This document shows, in pieces, positions 55,607-64,000 of a DNA stretch of 64,000 bases. The position numbers were made by a program, and so were the translations under genes. Origin of the DNA: an uncultured delta proteobacterium (GTDB lineage Bacteria; Desulfobacterota; Binatia; Binatales; Binataceae); the NCBI GenBank assembly GCA_963747115.1, contig CAVVEB010000001.1:134554-198553 (forward strand), read 5' to 3'. Below the pieces are notes generated by a model, which saw only the letters and a program-made list of their open reading frames with translations, was not told the DNA's origin and made no database searches. Within the stretch, counting starts at the first letter, position 1, and each line of letters starts with the position of its first letter.

Positions 55607-56998
55607 ATGGCCTCAACGGTGTTCGATTCAGCGGTTCTCGGCAATCTGTTCAGCACCGAGGCGATGCGGCGGATTTTTTCCGACCAAAATCGGATCAAGC
55701 TTTATCTGGAGATCGAAGCGGCGCTGGCTCGGGTGGAGGCGCGCCTGGGGATCATTCCTGCGGAAGCCGCCACCGAAATTCAGAAGAATGCCAAACCTGA
55801 GAACATCGACTTCGAAAAACTTCGCCGCCGGACCGAGGTGGCAGGTTCTCCGATTCTTCCGCTCGTCGAACAACTGGCCGAACGATGTGCGGGCAAGCTC
55901 GGACAATATTGCCATTGGGGCGCGACCACGCAGGACCTTACCGATACCGCGACGGTGCTCCAGATTCGCGCGGCGCTCTCGATCGTCGAGAATGACCTGC
56001 GCGCTATTTCCGCGCCGCTCGCGAAACTCGCGCGCCGCTATCGCGACACTCCGATGGCGGGACGCAGCATGATGCAGCACGCGGTGCCCATCACCTTCGG
56101 CCTCAAGGCCGCCGAGGTTCTTGCCGCGCTCGAAAGACACCGCGCGCGGCTGGTGCAGCTACTGCCTCGCGTGTTGGTCGGCCAATTCGGCGGCGCAGTT
56201 GGAACCCTCGCGGCGCTTGGTTCGCGCGGCCTCGAAGTGCGCGCCGCACTGATGACCGAACTCCAACTGGGAGAGGCCGAAACGGCGTGGCATACGCATC
56301 GTGACGCCGTCGCCGAGGCCGGATGCTTCCTTGGGCTGGTGACCGGCACGCTCGGCAAGTTCGCCACCGACATCAAGCTGATGATGCAGACTGAAGTCGC
56401 GGAAGCCTCGGAGGCGTATGTTGAGGGCCGCGGCTCGAGCAGTACGATGCCGCAAAAGCGCAATCCGGTCGCGTGCAACTTCATTCTCGCGTGCACCTCG
56501 ATCGTGCGCCAAAACGTCGCGTCACTTTCGGAAGCGACGGTGCAGGACCACGAGCGCGCGTCCGGGGCATGGCTCATCGAATGGGTTGCGGTCCCGGAAA
56601 TCTTTCTGGCCGCGTCGGGCGCCCTGTTTCACGCGCGCAACCTGGCCGAGGGCTTGCAGATCGATCCAGATCGGATGCGTGAGAATCTGGAACTGACCGG
56701 CGGCCTGATCGTCTCCGAAGCGGTGATGATGGCCCTCGCGCCGCATCTCGGCCGCGAACGCGCGCACGACCTGGTCTCCGAGATTTCCCGCAAATCGCTC
56801 GAAAAGAAAAGGCCGTTCATCGATTTGCTCGCCGAGAATCCGGAAGTCCCGAAGCATCTCGATCGCGCCGGCCTCGAAAAGCTGGTTGACCCTGCCAACT
56901 ACCTTGGGCTTTCGGGAGAGATCGTCGATCGGGTCTTGAACGAGTCTCGACCGCAAGAAGTAAGCGGCTACTCGAACTTGACGGCGCGGCCGATTTGA
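55607..56998 (+). CDS. pcaB: 3-carboxy-cis,cis-muconate cycloisomerase (fumarase/ASL family)
   Basis: HWGATTQD, SSTMPQKRNP, DHER; follows pcaHG. Confidence 0.85.
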   Translation: MASTVFDSAVLGNLFSTEAMRRIFSDQNRIKLYLEIEAALARVEARLGIIPAEAATEIQKNAKPENIDFEKLRRRTEVAGSPILPLVEQLAERCAGKLGQYCHWGATTQDLTDTATVLQIRAALSIVENDLRAISAPLAKLARRYRDTPMAGRSMMQHAVPITFGLKAAEVLAALERHRARLVQLLPRVLVGQFGGAVGTLAALGSRGLEVRAALMTELQLGEAETAWHTHRDAVAEAGCFLGLVTGTLGKFATDIKLMMQTEVAEASEAYVEGRGSSSTMPQKRNPVACNFILACTSIVRQNVASLSEATVQDHERASGAWLIEWVAVPEIFLAASGALFHARNLAEGLQIDPDRMRENLELTGGLIVSEAVMMALAPHLGRERAHDLVSEISRKSLEKKRPFIDLLAENPEVPKHLDRAGLEKLVDPANYLGLSGEIVDRVLNESRPQEVSGYSNLTARPI

Positions 56999-57291
56999 CC
57001 CGAGACGGCCTCGGCCAGCCGCGGATAGAGTTCATGCCCGTCCTTGTCGTCGACCCAGCAATCGCGCGCGCCATCGTAGCTGTAGTGATAGCCGTGCGCG
57101 ACCGCCGCCAGCCACATCTGTTTGGTCGCGGATTGCCGGCTCAAGATGAACTTTGCGCCGTCGGGAAATTCCAGCGTGAGCGATCCGTCGGCGGTGGCGT
57201 AGTCGACTTCATCGGGATCGAAATCCTCCAGCCACTTGGCGACTTTCCGCAAACAGGCTTCAGCCTTCGTAGCGAATTCCCGGTCATCCAT
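56968..57291 (-). CDS. cyaY: Iron donor protein CyaY (frataxin)
   Basis: DGSLTLEF.DG, SRQ.ATKQMWLA, GYHY. Confidence 0.9.
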   Translation of the reverse strand: MDDREFATKAEACLRKVAKWLEDFDPDEVDYATADGSLTLEFPDGAKFILSRQSATKQMWLAAVAHGYHYSYDGARDCWVDDKDGHELYPRLAEAVSGQIGRAVKFE

Positions 57292-57394
57292 GTCGAATCA
57301 TGATACTTCTTTTTCTGTGATCTTGATCGCGATCAGTAAACCAGCGTTCACATTGTGATTGCCAAGGTTAGACAATGTGTGAAATAAGCAGTGC

Positions 57395-57596
57395 GTGGAA
57401 GCACTCCCGAAGACGTTTACTGAAATGCTCGGGGAAGCTCTCCGCGAGATTGCGGTTCTGGTCATAGTCTTCGCTCCTCTGGACCGCTGGGTAGAGCATA
57501 ACCGCTACACCTGGAACGATTTCTGGGAGACTTTCGGAATAAGCGCATCGCTCTTTCTAATTGGCGTCCTTTTTTGAAAAAATGCGTACTGTATAG
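57395..57596 (+). CDS. Small two-TM protein (probable homopolymer indel near 57575)
   Basis: LREIAVLVIVFAPLD...; removing one T from T6 gives ...VLFEKMRTV* ending just before the next RBS. Confidence 0.5.
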
Positions 57597-57605
57597 AGGG
57601 AGACC

Positions 57606-57755
57606 ATGTTTACCGGTTTGGAACCATATTTGCCACAAATCGCTCCGCTACTGATCGGTATTATCGCGCTCCCATTCGGCATCTTCTTCGCGCTGCGAGA
57701 GCGCTCCTGGCGCAAAGCGCAAAGACGAGCGGAAAATGGCCGCGCCGCGGCCTAA
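57606..57755 (+). CDS. 49-aa single-TM microprotein
   Basis: MFTGLEPYLPQIAPLLIGIIALPFGIFFALRERSWRKAQRRAENGRAAA; GAGGGAG RBS; not in the ORF track. Confidence 0.55.
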   Translation: MFTGLEPYLPQIAPLLIGIIALPFGIFFALRERSWRKAQRRAENGRAAA

Positions 57756-57789
57756 GCGGGATTCAACGGCCCAGCGTCTCTTTTACCGA

Positions 57790-58068
57790 TCACTTCAAAA
57801 TGCCTCTTTTGCGCAGCTCTTCGTCGCGATAACGGCGGGCGAGGATATTCCATTCGTCGCTGCCTTCGACGATGCCGCGCTTTTGCGAGGTGATCTTGCG
57901 CCGCACCGCCTGCTCGATTTCATCGCCCTTTTCATTCCATTGCGCGATCAACTCCCGCGCCTGACGCAGCGCCAGCGGAAAGTTGGCGATTTCTGCGAGG
58001 CCTTCGTCGCGGATTTTCACCAGCGACTCGCGCGCGAGGTAGAGAATTCTGTCTTCGGACAATTTCAT
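57790..58068 (-). CDS. DUF507 family protein
   Basis: MKLSEDRI..LA, VRRKI.S.KR.I.EGS.EW. Confidence 0.85.
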   Translation of the reverse strand: MKLSEDRILYLARESLVKIRDEGLAEIANFPLALRQARELIAQWNEKGDEIEQAVRRKITSQKRGIVEGSDEWNILARRYRDEELRKRGILK

Positions 58069-58096
58069 TCAGCGACCTGCCGATTGCGCGCGGACT

Positions 58097-58369
58097 CTAA
58101 AGCACGAAGCCTTTTTTTTCAGCCAGCTTCTGGCGCGTGAGGTTGCGCAGCCGGGTAACGTCGATGCCGGGATTCTTGCGCGCGAGATCTTCGGCGGTCT
58201 TGTCAGCTTCCTCATCGATCTGCGCTTCGATCTCGAAGTTGGCCGAGAAAAACTCGACCACCAGCGCGACGATATCTTTGGGGTCGCCCTTGGGCTTGAG
58301 AATTCCCTTGGCGATTAAGCCGCTGACCATGAAGTTGGCGAGCGAGTCAATTTGTACTTCGCGCAGCAT
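58097..58369 (-). CDS. DUF507 family protein (paralog)
   Basis: E.QIDEEA and C-terminal KLAEKKGFVL; tandem with the gene above. Confidence 0.8.
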   Translation of the reverse strand: MLREVQIDSLANFMVSGLIAKGILKPKGDPKDIVALVVEFFSANFEIEAQIDEEADKTAEDLARKNPGIDVTRLRNLTRQKLAEKKGFVL

Positions 58370-58375
58370 TGGATC

Positions 58376-59170
58376 CTATTGAGGCGGTTTCGATTTTTCT
58401 TCCAGCTCCTGGCAATACTGATCGGTCTTGGGCTTGAGCGCGGCGTAGAACTCCTTGATATGGCCTATGTTGGCACCGAAATCGCCGGGGAAGAAGCCCA
58501 ACAGAGGGGTTTTCGATTGCGAGCATAGCTCCACGTCGCTCCTGGGCGTGACCACAATTGTCACGTCATCTTCGCGTCCCAGGATTCGCGTCGTGTACTC
58601 GCAAGTCAGGATGCCGGTTCGCAGATCGGTGCCGACCAGCTTCCATTGTTTGAGTTCGTTGACCGTCTGCTGCGCCATCTCGATGAGTTTTGCGCGCGGG
58701 ATCGCGATTGGCGTGTCGCCTTCGCAAATGTAATTGCGCGTCATCAATTCGTCGTAGAGATTCTCGTCTTCGGCTTCGGGAGCGGGAGTCGGGGTCGTCG
58801 ACGGCTGCGCAGCGGCGGCCGCGGGAGTCGCTTCTTTCTTATGCTTGCCGATGGGCTTGCGCGACTCCTCTGCCGCCTCCGGCTTCGATTCGACGGCGTG
58901 CTTGGCGGCCATGCATTGCGCGTCGCCGACGCCTTTTTCGCTGGTTGCGGCCGAATTTGTCGTCATGAACCTCACGGCGCGCAGTTTCCATCCGGGAGTG
59001 TCGAAGATGGTTTCGTTGTTCATCAGCATCGAGACACCCGCGATCGCCATGAACACCACCACGACGAAAAACGCGAGGCGAAGCAGGCCCGACAAGATGC
59101 TTCTGAGGAAGGGAACGAAGATCGTCAACGCGATGACGAGGACGACGATGATTAGGACTGCCAAGGCCAT
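58376..59170 (-). CDS. DUF1499-like membrane protein
   Basis: Two N-terminal TMs, low-complexity linker, TT.ILG..DDV.I...S.S...GDFGAN. Confidence 0.65.
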   Translation of the reverse strand: MALAVLIIVVLVIALTIFVPFLRSILSGLLRLAFFVVVVFMAIAGVSMLMNNETIFDTPGWKLRAVRFMTTNSAATSEKGVGDAQCMAAKHAVESKPEAAEESRKPIGKHKKEATPAAAAAQPSTTPTPAPEAEDENLYDELMTRNYICEGDTPIAIPRAKLIEMAQQTVNELKQWKLVGTDLRTGILTCEYTTRILGREDDVTIVVTPRSDVELCSQSKTPLLGFFPGDFGANIGHIKEFYAALKPKTDQYCQELEEKSKPPQ

Positions 59171-59295
59171 GATGCACTCGTCGGGTTGAAGTATCGCTCA
59201 GTGACTCAGGATTTAGCAGACCCGGTGGGGATAAAAAACCGCGCCGCGGACGAAGGCGCGACGCAGCCGCTCGGACAACGGGGCGAGGCCGTCGC

Positions 59296-59856
59296 CTAGT
59301 GGGCGCTCAGAGCTTCGATCCACCGGGCGAAGGCTTCCATGAAGTTGGTCAAGTGCTCTCGCGTGCTCTCGTTGGTTAGATTTCCTTCCTTATCGAAAAG
59401 GGTTGCCGCGCTTCCGATATATGCCTCCGGCTGCGGCATCATCGGCACGTTCAGGAATACGCATGATTGACGCAGGTGCTGATTGGCACCGAAGCCGCCC
59501 ATCGCGCCCGGCGACACGCTGATCACGGCCCCGGGCTTTCCGTCCCAGGCATTATGTCCGTAGGGGCGCGAGGCTCCATCGATCGCATTTTTGAGCACGC
59601 CCGGCACGGATCTATTGTATTCCGGGGTCACGAACAAAACCGCGTCTGCCGCCTTGATCGTCTCGCGCAACGCGACCCATGCCGAAGTTGGAGTACCGTC
59701 GTCGTCCTGGTTGTAAAGCGGAAGGTGCCCGATCTCGACAATCTCGAGCTGGAGCGTGGCGGGCGCAAGCGCTGCAAGCGTGTTCGCGGTCATGCGGTTG
59801 TAGGAGCCTTTGCGAAGACTCCCGACGAAGACCGCTACTTTCCGGATGGTGCCCAT
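59296..59856 (-). CDS. NADPH-dependent FMN reductase (ChrR-like)
   Basis: GSLRKGSYN, TPEYNRSVPGVLKNAID, SPGAMGG. Confidence 0.93.
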   Translation of the reverse strand: MGTIRKVAVFVGSLRKGSYNRMTANTLAALAPATLQLEIVEIGHLPLYNQDDDGTPTSAWVALRETIKAADAVLFVTPEYNRSVPGVLKNAIDGASRPYGHNAWDGKPGAVISVSPGAMGGFGANQHLRQSCVFLNVPMMPQPEAYIGSAATLFDKEGNLTNESTREHLTNFMEAFARWIEALSAH

Positions 59857-60018
59857 CGAACAGTTTTAGCGTGCGAATACATTGCGGATCAACGCTGCCG
59901 AAAATCGCTAGTGCGCGCTCGAATGTGAGCTGCGGGGCTCGACAACTGCGTGTCATAAGGAAATGCTAATGAGTTATGGCCGCGCGTTTTCGCGGCCCTC
60001 TCCAAGGAGGCATGCATC

Positions 60019-60879
60019 ATGGCAGCGTGTCCCGTCAGTAGCGTCCCCGCCGTTAATTTCTCCCGCCGCCGACCGCTCGTTCTCACCCCGCGCAGGCTCG
60101 CAGCCAATCGGCGCAATGCGGCGCGCTCGACCGGCCCGCGAACTCCCGTGGGAAAGGCGCGTGTCGCGCGCAATGCGATCAAGCATGGATTCTTCACCGG
60201 GCAGGAAAAGTGGACGCCCCAGCAGCATCGCGATTTCGAGCATACGCTGGAGGGATTTCGCGAAGATCTGAAGCCGCAAGACGCCATCGAAGAAACCTGC
60301 GTCACGATCATCGCTCAGTCGTACGTGCGGATGGCCGCGATGCTGCGCTACGAGAATATCGCGGCGCTTAAGTACCATCAGCGCCAGGACCGGGAGTGGA
60401 ACGAGCGCATCGCGGCGGCGGATGCGCCCGAGGCCGCGCGCCTCGAAGCCCAGCGCGACGAGATGCGCCGGGCCGGTCTATGGCGGCCGACGATTCCGGC
60501 GCCACGCGAAGCGATGGCGATCATTCGGTACTACGGCAGCCTCGATCGCGCGATCAGTCGCGCGACATCGGAGCTCGAACTCTTAAAGCGCATCCGGCTC
60601 GGAGGCGCATCGTCGAATACAAAAGCGCAAAAACAAACCCACTGCTCAGCACCGCCGAATGGTGTCGCGAGGGTCGGCGAAGGACCTCGGGCCGAATATG
60701 GAGAGTGCGAAAACAAAGCCACTGTGCCTATCGAGATCCTTCACGAAGCGCTCAGGACGACCGCTCGGACGCGCCTCACGGTCGAAACAAACCCACTAAG
60801 TTCAATGTTCACCGGCAATCGTCATCAGCGCCGCCGCGCGCAGGCGCTAGCGAGAGGGCGGCGGTCCTCGCAGACCTAA
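60019..60879 (+). CDS. Hypothetical protein with NRRNA-STGPRT-GK-NAIKHG motif
   Basis: AAGGAGG RBS; RLAANRRNAARSTGPRTPVGKARVARNAIKHG; helical core; C-terminal NRHQRR. Confidence 0.8.
   Translation: MAACPVSSVPAVNFSRRRPLVLTPRRLAANRRNAARSTGPRTPVGKARVARNAIKHGFFTGQEKWTPQQHRDFEHTLEGFREDLKPQDAIEETCVTIIAQSYVRMAAMLRYENIAALKYHQRQDREWNERIAAADAPEAARLEAQRDEMRRAGLWRPTIPAPREAMAIIRYYGSLDRAISRATSELELLKRIRLGGASSNTKAQKQTHCSAPPNGVARVGEGPRAEYGECENKATVPIEILHEALRTTARTRLTVETNPLSSMFTGNRHQRRRAQALARGRRSSQT
60631..60797 (+). repeat. Three direct repeats of AAACAAA(C/G)CCACT
   Basis: Copies at 60631-60643, 60711-60723 and 60785-60797; unrelated spacers of 67 and 61 nt. Confidence 0.85.
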
Positions 60880-60891
60880 CCGCCAAAGGAA

Positions 60892-60923
60892 AGGGCGCAG
60901 CCTGCGATACAGGCCACGCCCTT
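60892..60923. terminator. Hairpin between convergent genes
   Basis: aagggcgcagcctg-cgata-caggccacgccctt imperfect stem. Confidence 0.5.
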
Positions 60924-60947
60924 GCTCTTGCGAATGTGGATGCGCTC

Positions 60948-62819
60948 TTACGCCGGCGCGGCCGCGAAGCCGTCGGACTCGCCGCGCAGGATCGCGCCGA
61001 AGCGGCGTCCGCCGAGATAGTAGCGCAACGCCTCGTCATCGGTGATGGCGGCGCGCCGCATATCGCGGCGGCGAATCTGCCAGATTCCACCGACCATCGG
61101 ATGCCGTCCTTGCCGATAGCTGAAGAAGTAGTAGCAGAACTGGCGCAGCACCGAGCGGCGCGATTCGGCGTTCAGGTTGCGGCCGCCGCAAACCGTGAAG
61201 ACCTCGCGCAGGGCCCGGCCGAAGGTGTAGAAGCCGCTGAATGCCTCCCGGTAGGCGGTCATCCATTGCTGCGTGTCCAGTTTGGGATGGCGCAGAGTGA
61301 CGTGCTGGGAATCGAGGCTATTGAAATCCCAATCGATGATGTCGCCTTCCTTCGCATATCGGACCTGGTCTTCGGTGCCGGGCAGCGGCGTCATGATGAA
61401 GAACGACACGATGTCGAATCCGATCTTGCGCAGCGTCTGCGCCGCGATACGGCCGCAATCGGGCCCGTCGAAGGGGAAGCCGAGCATGTATCCCGCGTGC
61501 ACCGAGACCCCGACCTTATGCCAGTTCTGGACCACGCGCCGATACTTGTTGATAACCCGGGCGCGCGCCTCTTCGATCTTCATCTTGTGCTGACGGTCGT
61601 CGGTATTTTGATACTTGGTCGCGAAGTTCAGGTTGTCGGGATTGAGCGATTCGATCCCCACGAAGGCCTGATAGCATCCCGCCTTAGCCGCCAGCTCAGT
61701 GAAGCGTTTGCTGCGGCGATGCTTCGCGGTTTCGGTCTCGCCATCGGATCGATATTGGCATAGCAGGAGGCGTCCACATCGACCTGCATCATGAAGGACA
61801 GTTTCGGGATATTCCCTTTTCACTTCGATCAGGCCGGTCAGAATCTCTTCCCATCGCGGGGAGCGGAAGAAATCATCGTCGACCAGGAACAGCGACTCGA
61901 TTCCATGGTACCGCATCGCGTCGCGCACCCATTCCACGACCGCGTTGGGCTCGCGCGATCTCATAGTACGGCCCATCACGTTTTTGACGCTGCAGTAGGA
62001 GCAGGTGAAGGGGCATCCGCGCGAGGTATCGAGCGGAGTCATGGTCGGATTGAAGAAGCGGGTCAGATACCGATCATCGAGGGTGGGAAACTGCGCCTCG
62101 GTGATGAGCGGCACGATGATATCTTCCTGGCCGGTCTTGGCGCGGATTCCTTCCGTGACCGCATAGTTGGGCTTGAGCTCGCCTTTCAGGAAATCCTCGA
62201 CGATAAAGCCCCACAGGTTCTCGGCCTCGCCCACGATGGTGGTGACGCCGACCGAGTGGAGGAATTCGCACGAGTCGGGATATCCGCTGACGTGGAAACC
62301 GCCCATCATGGTGGTCATGCCCTCGGCCACGAACTGGAGCGCCAGGTCGCGTCCGCGCGGGTATTGATTCGATTGCACGCCGGCCAATCCGATCAGCAAC
62401 TCGACACCATCTTCGTGGGCCTTTTCCTTGATCGCCCGGATGGTCTGGGGACTCACGACGCCATCGCAGATTTCGTCCCAGATGATGGTCTCGAGATGAA
62501 CATTGCGCTTGCCGGAAAAGTGCCGGTTGAATTCTTCGTTGAGCGCGGCCAGCACGTTGAGCGTGTTATTGGGCTGCACCCCGTAGCGAAAGACCGAGAC
62601 ATAGCCTTCGTCATCGTATTTCGAGGGCTTGATGAAATAGACCCTGATTATCCGCACCGTCTCGGGATTGAGCGAGCCGTTGCGCATCGCAGTCGCGCTG
62701 GCGGTAATTTGCAGGCGGTTGGAGGGCTGATCGCCGCCATAACGATAGCGGCCCAGCAGCAGGTAGAGCACCGTCGCCGCGAAGACCAGAAATGCTAGTA
62801 CACCAGTAAGTAGAACCAT
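60948..62819 (-). CDS. Membrane-anchored B12-binding radical SAM protein
   Basis: N-terminal TM; IKPSKYDDEGY, GVQSNQYPR, GGFHVSG, RGCPFTCSYC, VDDDF, TPLPGT; compensating indels near 61806 and 61746 hide KLSFMMQVDVDASCYANID. Confidence 0.88.
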   Translation of the reverse strand: MVLLTGVLAFLVFAATVLYLLLGRYRYGGDQPSNRLQITASATAMRNGSLNPETVRIIRVYFIKPSKYDDEGYVSVFRYGVQPNNTLNVLAALNEEFNRHFSGKRNVHLETIIWDEICDGVVSPQTIRAIKEKAHEDGVELLIGLAGVQSNQYPRGRDLALQFVAEGMTTMMGGFHVSGYPDSCEFLHSVGVTTIVGEAENLWGFIVEDFLKGELKPNYAVTEGIRAKTGQEDIIVPLITEAQFPTLDDRYLTRFFNPTMTPLDTSRGCPFTCSYCSVKNVMGRTMRSREPNAVVEWVRDAMRYHGIESLFLVDDDFFRSPRWEEILTGLIEVKREYPETVLHDAGRCGRLLLCQYRSDGETETAKHRRSKRFTELAAKAGCYQAFVGIESLNPDNLNFATKYQNTDDRQHKMKIEEARARVINKYRRVVQNWHKVGVSVHAGYMLGFPFDGPDCGRIAAQTLRKIGFDIVSFFIMTPLPGTEDQVRYAKEGDIIDWDFNSLDSQHVTLRHPKLDTQQWMTAYREAFSGFYTFGRALREVFTVCGGRNLNAESRRSVLRQFCYYFFSYRQGRHPMVGGIWQIRRRDMRRAAITDDEALRYYLGGRRFGAILRGESDGFAAAPA

Positions 62820-63042
62820 TCGATTATTCCTCGATCTATTGCCGGAAATACCGGCCTCCCAGTTGACGATCTAACCGACCGGTCAGAGTTAACTAAGCCA
62901 ACGCCACAATGTCAATATTGTCCATTGGATTCCAGCCAGAAACAATCCCTTCCGGTTACAAAAAGACCATTAAATCTTCGGTAATCTTTAGTATCTTCCA
63001 TCGACTACCCAGTAGCTCCGCCGCGCGGAAGCGCCTTCCGGA

Positions 63043-64000
63043 TCAGCGATACATCTCGACCAGTTTATCAGGCCAAGATCGCGATATCGCTCGACCAGAT
63101 AGCCCTTGATCTCCTGAACGGTCGCCATCTGCAGAACTTCACGGGCGATATGGCGAGCAGTCTCATAGTCCACCTCGCGAATCAGCTTTCGCACGACCGG
63201 GATAAATAGCGGGCTTAAGCTGAGCTCGTCGAGCCGATGCCGAGCATCAGTAGGGTCGCTAGCGGGTCCTGGCCATCTCGCCGCAGATACGACTTCTTTG
63301 TCTGCGCCGCGGCCGACGTTGACCACCTCGGAAATCGCTGAGAACTGCTGGGTGAAACGGCTCATACAGATGCGCGACCTTTGGATTATTGCGGTCGGCG
63401 GCGAGCAGGTACTGAATCAGATCGTTTGTGCCGATAGAGAAGAAATCGACTTCATGCGATTAACCGCGGAGCCAGCCATACCGCGGAAGGCACCTCCACC
63501 ATGATACCGACTTCGACATCCGGATTATGTTCCAGACCCTCGTTGTAGAGTTCGGCCTGGGACTCCGCGAGCAATTCCCTGGCGCGGCGAAGCTCCTCGA
63601 TGCTCGAAATCATCGGGAACATGATGCGCACATCGTGGCGAGCCGCCGCGCGCAGGATCGCGCGCAATTGCACCTTGAACAGTTCCTGCATTTCCAGCGA
63701 AATCCGAATCGAGCGCCATCCCAGGAACGGATTTTCTTCGCGCGGAACTCTCAAGTAGGGCGGATATTTATCGGCGCCGATATCGAGAGTGCGAATCGTG
63801 ACCGGACGCTTGCCGAAGGCCTGCAACATCCTGGTGTACAACGCGAACTGCTGGTTCTCGTCAGGGAAATCCTCATAGGTGAGAAACGAAAACTCCGAAC
63901 GCAATAGACCGATGCCCTCGGCTCCGTAACGCAACGCGAACGGGATATCGCTGATAAGCGCGATATTCGCAAACATCCGCACCCGATGAGCCGTCGCGGG
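63043..64000 (-). CDS. ptsP: Phosphoenolpyruvate-protein phosphotransferase (PtsI/PtsP), partial, several indels
   Basis: [36 protein letters not shown], then SIGTNDL and CGEMA in shifted frames; truncated by the window edge, so ptsI versus ptsP is not resolved. Confidence 0.85.

Noticed and set aside
60631-60797. CRISPR array
   Set aside because: Repeats are only 13 nt and non-palindromic, spacers are 61-67 nt, and there are no cas genes; kept as a distinct repeat finding instead.
63452-63454. TGA in ptsP as selenocysteine or readthrough
   Set aside because: The conserved [12 protein letters not shown] continues in a different frame, so this is an indel.

Overview
A GC-rich chromosomal window, mostly housekeeping genes. 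Gene content and order suggest a Deltaproteobacteria-like soil lineage such as Candidatus Binatota (inference only). Main blocks: an LLM monooxygenase plus accessory cassettes between REP-like palindromes (0.1-3.5 kb); an ArnT-like GT-C/flippase/hpnJ/hpnI/DMT hopanoid-envelope cluster; pcm-M23-apt-CDF; thiS-thiG-thiE under a TPP riboswitch; alr-purH-purD-tsaC-DUF1015; eno-gpmI; a REP-flanked islet of orphan genes (27.4-29.4 kb); a NorD/CbbO-like VWA gene; an M16 peptidase pair; mfd-surA-pdxA-uvrA; aroF-ldcA-serine hydrolase-mpl (peptidoglycan recycling); groES-groEL with a CIRCE; pcaHGB; cyaY; two DUF507 genes; a membrane-anchored B12 radical SAM gene; and a partial ptsP/ptsI. Many genes, including essential ones, carry single-base indels, denser at both ends, which most likely reflects long-read consensus error. 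I saw no tRNA, rRNA, CRISPR array, transposase or integrase. The most unusual signal is an orphan 'NRRNA-STGPRT-GK-NAIKHG' gene (60019-60879). Its 3' end carries three copies of the 13-nt motif AAACAAA(C/G)CCACT, each read in a different frame, which suggests a nucleic-acid-level function. All calls come from reading the sequence; no searches were run.
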